Below, one piece after another: positions 55,466 to 64,000 of a DNA stretch of 64,000 nt. The DNA is from Octopus vulgaris. Lineage: Eukaryota. Positions within the stretch are counted from its first letter, which is position 1; each line of letters begins with the position of its first letter. The stretch is taken from positions 4,650,001-4,714,000 of the forward strand of contig OX597843.1 in the NCBI GenBank assembly GCA_951406725.2, written 5' to 3'. A model generated the notes under the pieces. The model was not told where the DNA came from and did not search any database. It was given only the letters and a program-made list of their open reading frames with translations. The translations under genes were made by a program, and so were the position numbers.

Positions 55466-55616
55466 CCTTGGTGTAAAGGCTGGCCAGTTCCTTGGCCCCG
55501 GCGTGCTGTGGACCCCAACGGGGTTTCCGTTCCTTTTCGGCGAACAAACTGTTAGAATTGGGGTCATCTTCTAACATAGAATAACGTAAGATCTGCTCCT
55601 CTGACTTTTCGCACAT
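55466..55616 (-). CDS. PEDS1: First coding exon of plasmanylethanolamine desaturase 1 (TMEM189/Kua)
   Basis: The ATG at 55616 opens MCEKSEEQILRYSMLEDDPNSNSLFAEKERKPRWGPQHAGAKELASLYTK-G (50 codons + 1 nt), ending at the donor AAGG|gtaacg. RWGPQHAGAKELASLY matches the N-terminal motif I recall for TMEM189 (RWGAQHAGARELAALYSPG), and the phase-1 intron falls at the equivalent Gly. Confidence 0.88.
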
Positions 55617-56645
55617 CTTCCCGTCCACCACCACCACCAATACCACTAAGAATACCACTGGTACTACCACCGATGACACCACTAGCAGTAGGTATAGGTA
55701 TAGGTATGGCAATGATGATGGTAGTAGTAGTAATAACGGGTGATCGTAGTAACGGGTGATCGGGAGGTGGTGTCCGTTCCTTCTTGCTTTGCGTTTGACG
55801 GTCTTAAATGCTTTTGACGGTCTTAAGTGTTAATAATGTTTGTTATTGGTGCTGGGGCGGATAATGTTGGTGTTTGGCGATAATGCTGGTTCTGACTGAC
55901 TGCCTGTCAGTCGGTCTGTGTGCTGGTCTGCTTGTCTGTGTGTCTGTCTGCCTGTCAGTCCGTCTTCTCTGATGCCTGGTGGTGATGATGAGAAGAAGAA
56001 GGAACGAGAGAAAAAAAAAGACGACGGAGAGGAAAGATAGGAGAGAGAGAGAAAGAAAGAAAGAAAAGGCAAGAGTGTGAGAGAGATAGAGAGAGAGAGA
56101 TAGACTGAGGGAGGGAGACACACTCACTCACTCACTGACAGAGGCGAAGCGGCCACGACCACCACTACGACGGGGAAGGAGGAAAGACGAAGAAGAAGAA
56201 AAACAAGTAGCAAGCAGTGAGGTTCGACTAGAGAGACTGAGAGAGACACACTCACTCACTCACTCAGAGGCGGGGCAGCCACGACCACCACCACGACGGG
56301 GAAGGAGGGAAGACGAAGAAGAAGACGAAGAAGAAGAAGTAGCAAGCAGCGAGACTCGACTATGACTATCACTGCTATTGCTACGGCGACTACGACTTAA
56401 GACCACGACGACAACGACTACGACCACCGCTATGACAACGACTGCCGCCGCTGCTGCTGCTGCTGCTGCTGCTGTTGCGACGATCACTATGACGATTACG
56501 ACGACGACGGGCACCACCTCCGCCGCCGCCACCACCACGACTACTACGGTAATTGCTACGGACGGCGGCGGCGAACGGAAACAACCGAAAAAACACACAC
56601 AACCAGCGCTTCGCAGTTAATGCTGTGCTTCATAGCCATTGGTTA
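55617..56645 (-). promoter_or_regulatory. Putative PEDS1 5'UTR and CpG-rich promoter/TSS region
   Basis: The most CpG/GC-rich segment in the window (ACG/GCC/GCT triplet repeats, about 56140-56620), directly upstream of the ATG. CCAAT on the minus strand at 56638-56642 and an abrupt switch to AT-rich DNA above it. Candidate UTR intron with GTGAGT donors near 56130/56260 and a polypyrimidine-CAG acceptor at 55976-55978. Confidence 0.5.
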
Positions 56646-58407
56646 AAATTATTAAACCCATGAACTTATTTTATTTGTTTATATAAGCAATTTCTTCACA
56701 CTTTGTTTATTATTTATATTTATTTTAACTTTATATTTATTTCTTATTCATTTATTTTACTTGAATATTCCCATATTTGCTGATTTGTTAATTTTTAATT
56801 ATTTCCTTATTATTCTTTAATTATTATCTATTTATTTTTTACTTATGATATATCTTTGTATATTTTTCCTTATTTTTTGGTACAAATTTTTTATTTCCTT
56901 TTTTTTAATTTTCTTCTATAAACTTTAGTCAGGCATTTTTTTATATTTATTTATTACTCTTTTACTCTTTTACTTGTTTCAGTCATTTGACTGCGGCCAT
57001 GCTGGAGCACCGCATTTTAGTCGAGCAATTCGACCCCGGGACTTATTCTTTTGTAAGCCCAGTACTTATTCTATCGGTCTCTTTTGCCGAACCGCTAAGT
57101 GACGGGGACGTAAACACACCAGCATCGGTTGTCAAGCAATGCTAGGGGGGACAACCACAGACACACTAACATACACGCACATACATATATATACATATAC
57201 ATATATACAACAGGCTTCTTTCAGTTTCCGTCTACCAAATCCACTCACAAGGCTTTGGTAGGAGACACTTGCCCAAGGTGCCACGCAGTGGGACTGAACC
57301 CGGAGCCATGTGGTTGGTTAGCAAGCTACTTACCACACAGCCACTCCTGCGCCTATATATATATACATATATATACATATATACGACGGGCTTCTTTCAG
57401 TTTCCGTCTACCAAATCCACTCACAAGGCTTTGGTCGGCCCGGGGCTATAGTAGAAGACACTTGCCCAAGGTGCCACGCAGTGGGACTGAACCCGGAACC
57501 ATGTGGTTGGTAAGCAAGCTACTTACCACACAGCCACTCCTGCGGCCAATATATATATTGGCCTGCTCGCTTAGCCAGCGGGGTGGCGTCATTTGAAGGC
57601 TAAAACAATGCGAAGCGCATTGTGACCAGCGATGTGTAACAACATCTGATAGCCTGGTCGATCACGGTGATATATATATATATACGATGGGCTTCTTCCA
57701 GTTTCCATCTACCAAATTCACTCACAAGGCATTGGTCAGCCCGGGGCTATAGTAGAAGACACTTGCCCAAGGTGCCACGCAGTGGGACTGAACCCGGAAC
57801 CATGTGGTTGGTAAGCAAGCTACTTACCACACAGCCACTCCTGCGCCTATCTATTTATTTTTTACTTATGATATATCTTTGTTTATTTTTTCCTTATTTT
57901 TTTGTACACATTTTTTAAAATTTCTTTTTTTAATTTTTTATTTATTAACTTTAGTCAGGCATTTTTTATATTTATTTATTATTGACATTTTATTTTTTTT
58001 TATTTACTTAATTATACTTCTTATCTGTTTAGCTTCTTTAATGCGCTTCTTTCATCTAGTTTATTTATTAATTTATTATGTATTTACTTATAAATTTTTT
58101 TTTTATTTATATCTTTATTTAGTTTGTAAGTGGATCATTTTTATTTATTTATTTATTCATTTATATCTTTATTTATTTTTTTTACTTGTTTACTCTTTTA
58201 ATCTTTACTCTTTTACTTGTTTCAGTCCTTTTTTCTGTGGCCATGCTGGAGCACCGCCTTTTTAGTCGAGCAAATCGATTCCCAGGACTTATTCTTTGTA
58301 AGCCTAGTACTTATTCTATCGGTAACTTTTGCCGAACCGCTAATTTACGGGGACGTAAACGCACCAGCAACAGTTGTCAGGCGATGTTGGGGGACAAACA
58401 CAGACAC

Positions 58408-58464
<57 letters not shown>

Positions 58465-59284
58465 CATATATACGACAGGCTTCTTTCAGTTTCCTTCTTC
58501 TTCTTCTCCTCCTTCTTCTTCCAATCAGGACTCCCGCCATTAGCCACAAAGAATAATCTCTAATTCGAGCCTACTCTAAGCTACTAAAAATGCGTGTGGC
58601 AACTTGAAGATCCACCCACCACACGCGATAGACTGGCAGTTGCACGGACGCGAAAGCTACGTTGTTATCCTCATTCCGTAAACGGTGGCTTTTTAACGGG
58701 TGGAGAGCTGAACCATCCTGGGGTACAGAGGATTCGCAATGTAGACTAGGGTCTGAAAGTTTTACCACACCATAGTGGGTTACACCATGGTTCCTCTGCT
58801 TTGGGGCAGAAGTAGGGAGAAAGAGTGAGAGAAAGTTGTGCTGAAAGAGTACAGCGGGGTTCACCATGCTCCATAAGGCTCCGGTAGGGGAGGGTGGTGA
58901 ACCCCGCTGTACTCTTTCAGCACAACTTTGAAGATCCACTTTGTGGAGCTTAGGTGCTTTTGCTCAATAAACACTCACAATGCCCGGTCTGGGGATCGAA
59001 ACCGCGTTCTTACGATTGCGAGTCCACTGCCCTAACCACTGGGCCATTGTGCCTCCACATTGCTGCTGTTGCTGCTGTCAGTGTTGTTTTAGGGGCCAGT
59101 GGTGTTTGCAGATTCTTTTTCAGGGCTGTTTTTGGGGGTCAGTAATGGTCGCAGTTTCTTTTTGATTCTGTCCGTTTGTCCTTCATGGGATTTCAGACAT
59201 GCAGGGTCATCATTGAGCCCTCCTGTCTCCTTCATTATGTTTTCTAGAAGATTGATATGCGGCTTGACAAGAGTTTTTTTGACA

Positions 59285-59866
59285 ATGGTTTCTGATTACA
59301 AATACCTTGGGTCATACATATCATCATCTGGAAAAGATTTTCTAACTAGAAAGGGTATGGCCTGGTCAGCCTGTAATGACATGCATAAGATCTGGTCATC
59401 AAATCTAAGTAGAGACTTCAAACTTGAAATCTTCAAAGCCACAGTCGAACCAATTCTACTATATGGCTCAGAAACCAGGACGTTATCAAAGAAGCTTGGG
59501 AGGTGATTGGATGGAACCTACACTCGCCTCCTTATGAGAGCTCAAAATCTCTCGTGGAAGAGTCATCCAACCAAAATGCAAATATATGGGAAACTACCAT
59601 CTGTGTCATCTCTTGTGAAAGGTAGGAGAGTCCAGTTTGCTGGACATTGTTGTAGAGCTGAAAAAGAGGTAATTTCTACTCTTCTCCTCTGGAAGCCATC
59701 TACTCGCAATACCAGAGAGCGCACACTCTCCTACCCTGATGTAATCTCCAGGGATACAGGCATCCAGAAACAGGACCTCCGTAATGCCATGATGGACCGT
59801 GAAGTCTGGCGTAGCATGGTAAATTCCATTGTCTCGACCACGGTCGAACAATAATAATAATATAAT
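59285..59866 (+). mobile_element. 5'-truncated RTE-clade LINE (ORF2 C-terminus, one premature stop)
   Basis: DYKYLGS..ILLYGSET..RRVQFAGHC..MMDREVWR. TGA at 59504-59506 splits the frame, and a (TAA)n tail follows the stop. Confidence 0.88.
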
Positions 59867-60908
59867 GAACTCTTGTGCCAAGGACCTGTGGTAACCATAG
59901 CTTTTCAAGGCCGCCGCTATTAGGCCGTTGGATGGAGAACCCTCACTCATGCTCGAATCTTGAATAAAAAGACAGAGATCCTCAAACTGCCAAATTTGAT
60001 GCATCTTTTGTATTTTGTTGGCCTGAATCTGATTCTGTATGAATTTGCAGTTGTTGGTGTCCATCTATTGATTTTTTATGGAGAAAGGTTGACAGAGGAG
60101 CTAACTGGCTTCTGTGCCAGTGGGACATAAAAGGGCACCATTCGAGTGTGATCGTTACCAGCTTCGCCTTACTGGCACTTGTGCCCATGCTAGTAGGGTG
60201 CCAAGAGCACCGTCCGAGTGTGATCGTTTCCAGAGCCGCCTAGACTGGCTTCCATGCCGGTGGCACGTAAAAGGGCACCATTCGAGTGTGATCATTACCA
60301 GCGTTGCCTTACTGGCACCTGTGCCAGTGGCATGCATAAAAAGATTCAAGCGAGGTCATTGCCAGTACCGCCTGACTGGCTCCCGTGCCAGTGGCATGTA
60401 AAAAGCACCCACTACACTCTCGGAGTGGTTGGCGTTAGGAAGGGCATCCAGCTGTAGAAACTCTGCCAGATGAAGATTGGAGCCTGGTGCAGCCATCTGG
60501 TTCGCCGGCCCTCAGTCAAAATCGTCCAACCCATGCTAGCATGGAAAGCGGACGTTAAACGATGATGATGATGAAAGGTGAGTAAGAGACAGAGTGAAAA
60601 TGTTCAGAAAGAGAGAGAGAGAGAGAGAGAGAGTTATAGGGAGTTTGCGACAGCGATATGGAAGTTTGTGTCGAAGAGACAAAGAAAGGAAAGCTCAAAG
60701 TGAGATGGAATAGGAGATGAGGCATCCGATGCAAGAGGTGTCGTTATGTGTAGGAGAGAAATAAGATGGTTTATAACAGGGTGGGAGAAGGAGAGAGAAA
60801 GGTATCTTAGAGTGCTAAGATGAGTCTAAAACGTGTATCTTTATGTAAGTTCAAGTTATATGCATGTATGTATGTGTGTGTGTATACATACATACATACA
60901 TACATAAT

Positions 60909-60969
<61 letters not shown>

Positions 60970-61062
60970 TATACATACATATATATATATATGTATATAT
61001 ATATATATGTATATACATACATATATATATATATGTATATATATATATATGTATATACATAC

Positions 61063-61095
<33 letters not shown>

Positions 61096-61204
61096 TATAT
61101 ACTCATATGTATATGGGAGTGTAATCTTTACACAAGGTAGCACAGCACTGGAACATCATGTACAGGTACACCTGAAATTGACTCTCTTATACGCCCAGAT
61201 GGCT

Positions 61205-62755
61205 CATTAGGAGTAATTGATAGCTTTCGTTACCTAGGTGATGTAATTACCCGGGGAAGTGGTTGCTCTGAAAGTATGGTTGCTAGGGTGAGAACTGATT
61301 GGAGAACGTTAACTAACACTACCACTGTTCAAAAGAAAGACCTTTTCTCTAAAAGGGAAGGGTAGAGTGTATGACACTTATTTCTTTACTACCCACAAGG
61401 GGCTAAATACAGAGGGGACAAACAAGGACTGACAAAGGGATTAAGTCGATTACACTGAGCCCAGTGCTTAACTGGTACTTAATTTATCGACCCCGAAAGG
61501 ATGAAAGGCAAAGTCAACCACAGTGGAATTTGAACTCAGAACGTAGCGGCAGACGAAATACCTATTTCTTTACTACCCACAAGGGGCTAAATACAGAGGG
61601 GACAAACAAGGACTGACAAAGGGATTAAGTCGATTACACTGAGCCCAGTGTGTAACTGGTACTTATTTAATCGACCCCGAAAAGATGAAAGGCAAAGTCA
61701 ACCTCGGCGGAATTTGAACTCAGAACCTAACGGCAGACGAAATACCTATTTCTTTATTACCCACAAGGGGCTAAACACAGAGGGGACAAACAAGGACAGA
61801 CAAACGGATTAAGTCGATTACATCGACCCCAGTGCTTAACTGGTACTTAATTTAATCGACCCTGAAAGGATGAAAGGCAAAGTCGACCTCGGCGGTATTT
61901 GAACTCAGAACCTAGCGGCAGACGAAATACCTATTTCTTTACTACCCACAAGGGGCTAAATACAGAGGGGACGAACAAGGACAGACAAACGGATTAAGTC
62001 GATTACATCAACCCCAGTGCGTAACTGGTACTTATTTAATCAACCCCGAAAAGATGAAAGGCAAAGTTGGCCTCGGTGGAATTTGAACTCAGAACGTAGA
62101 CGAAATACCACTAAGTATTTCGCCTAGCATGCTAACGTTTCTTATTTCTTTACTACCCACAAGGGGCTAAACACAGAGAGGACAAACAAGGACAGACAAG
62201 GGGATTAACTCGATTACATTGACCCCAGTGTGTAACTGGTACTTATTTAATCGACCCTGAAAATATGAAAGGCAAAGTCGACCTCGGCGGAATTTGAACT
62301 CAGAACGTAACGGCAGACGAAATACCGCTAAGCATTTCGCCCGACGCGCTAACGTTTCTGCCAGCTTGCCGCCTTCACAAGTGTATGACACTCAAGAAAG
62401 AAATGCACTACTGAATAGTAGTGAGACAGGGGCCTTGAATGCAGAGGACCCGAGAAGCAAGGATGACCTGCTGGATGTGTAATGTAAGTGTGCATGAAAA
62501 TTGGTCATAAGATGAATCAGATGTTCTGTGCAAGAAAGAAGACTGAATTGGTAAGGACATGTGATGCATATGGATGAGGACTGCTGTATAAAAAAGTGGC
62601 TGATCCTTAAATGTAGTTGGAGCTTGTGGAAGAGGAAGATCCAGAAAGACAAGGGATGAAAGATGACCTTAGGATCTTGAGCCTCGCAGAGGAAATGATG
62701 AAGGATTGGGATATCTGGTGATATGAGGTTCTCAAAATGATGTGCTCTCCTTGAT
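61205..62755 (+). mobile_element. Old RTE LINE remnant split by a SINE array
   Basis: VIDSFRYLGDVI..GCSESMVARVR before the array. LLNSSETGAL and GHVMHMDED-like remnants after it. Confidence 0.6.
61379..62379 (-). mobile_element. Tandem array (5 units of about 185 bp) of a second SINE family within one TSD
   Basis: Repeated tatttctttactacccacaaggggctaaa..gaactcagaac..gacgaaatac, flanked by a 13-bp direct repeat AGTGTATGACACT (61366-61378, 62380-62392). Relatives at 45541-45772 (-), 27470-28070 (+), 30938-31142 (+) and 2267-2390 (+). Confidence 0.8.
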
Positions 62756-62795
62756 AAAACTGAGCCCTGGAAGTGCTATGTTTTGGGTTAAACTG

Positions 62796-63276
62796 TTAAC
62801 CCTTTCGTTACTGTATTTATTTTGAGATGCTCTGTGTTTCTTTCAATTATTTTAAATATAACAAAGAATTTAGTAAAATAACTTAGTTATCATTCAGCTA
62901 GTGTTAGGAACATAAATTGTGACTAAGGTTTGGTGGAAGATTTTAATTCAAAACTTATGAAAACAAGACATTTGTACTACAGAGCCAGAGGTGTTTTTAG
63001 CCAGGTTGGTATCAAAAGGGTTAAGAATTGTTTCTCTATTATATATCTTAACCCTTTTGTTACCATATTTCTGTTGAGATGCTCTGTGTTTCTTTCAATT
63101 ATTTTAAATATAACAAAGAATTTAGTAAAATAACTTAGTTATCATTAAGCTAGTGTTAGGAACATAAATTGTGATTAAGGTTTGGTGGAAGATTTTAATT
63201 CAAAACTTATGGAAACAAGACATTTGTACTACAGAGCCAGAGGTGGTTTCAACCAGGTTGGTATCGAAAGGGTTAA
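62796..63276. mobile_element. Dimeric TTAA-flanked MITE, third copy
   Basis: TTAA-CCCTTTCG...CGAAAGGG-TTAA with the same internal spacer. Confidence 0.8.
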
Positions 63277-63843
63277 AGTGAATCTTTCCCCCCACCTTTG
63301 TGCATTATGCCTGCCTCTTCTGCCACCCCACCCCCCGCCCATCCCTCCACCCATCAGCTTCACAAACTACCCTGCTGTATCATATCTCTCAATCTGGTCC
63401 TTCTCCACCCCCCAGGGACTGTATATCATCCTTACAGCTACTGCTGTTAGCTAACCACCCCCCATACCCAGCCACCACCCCCACACTCAATTCTGTATCA
63501 TCCCCCCCACCCTGGCTTATGTCTCTTGTTTCATTCAACTTTCAGCCCTACCCACTTTGGCAGTCTGCAATTATGGAATTCAACTTCCTACAGAATCTTC
63601 CAGAAAACCCACCCAACCACCTCTACTCAGTTTGTATCTCATGAACACATGAGCGCACACACACACACACATATATGTAGCTTAACCCTTTGCAATTTAA
63701 ACTGGTACAGGAGTGGCTGTGTGGTAAGTAGCTTGCTTACCAACCACATGGTTCTGGGTTCAGTCCCACTGCGTGGCAACTTGGGCAAAGCCTTGTGAAT
63801 GGATTTGGTAGACAGAAACTGAAGGAAGCCTGTCGTATATATG

Positions 63844-63886
<43 letters not shown>

Positions 63887-64000
63887 ATGCATAGGTGCAG
63901 GAGTGGCTGTGTGGTAAGTAGCTTGCTTACCAACCACATGTTTCTGGGTTCAGTCCTCCAGTGTGGTACCTTGGGCAAGTGTCTTCTACTATAGCTTCGG

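Noticed and set aside
55617-55712. Hydrophobic signal-peptide-like N-terminal extension of PEDS1 in the ORF track
   Set aside because: It begins at a non-ATG codon and is encoded by (GTG/GTA) triplet repeats. The ATG at 55616 fits the expected N-terminus.

Overview
Repeat-saturated animal genomic DNA. The dense (AT)n/(AC)n/(AG)n microsatellites and the SINE families strongly resemble an octopus (coleoid cephalopod) genome; this is recalled, not searched. Almost all listed ORFs are microsatellite or SINE artefacts. The one convincing host gene is the first coding exon of PEDS1/TMEM189 (Kua; plasmanylethanolamine desaturase) on the minus strand (55616-55466), with a CpG-rich 5'UTR/promoter above it. 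I found no further PEDS1 exon in the 55 kb downstream. Immediately inside that intron is an array of about 11 decayed copies of the exon's 3' end plus splice donor. The rest comprises more than 25 copies or fragments of one tRNA-derived SINE, three other SINE families, RTE and CR1 LINE 3' ends, Tc1 and mariner remnants, TTAA MITEs, a hAT MITE, non-autonomous Helitrons, local satellites, and several type I hammerhead-ribozyme motifs of the Penelope-associated kind. All calls were made by eye and boundaries of degenerate elements are approximate.
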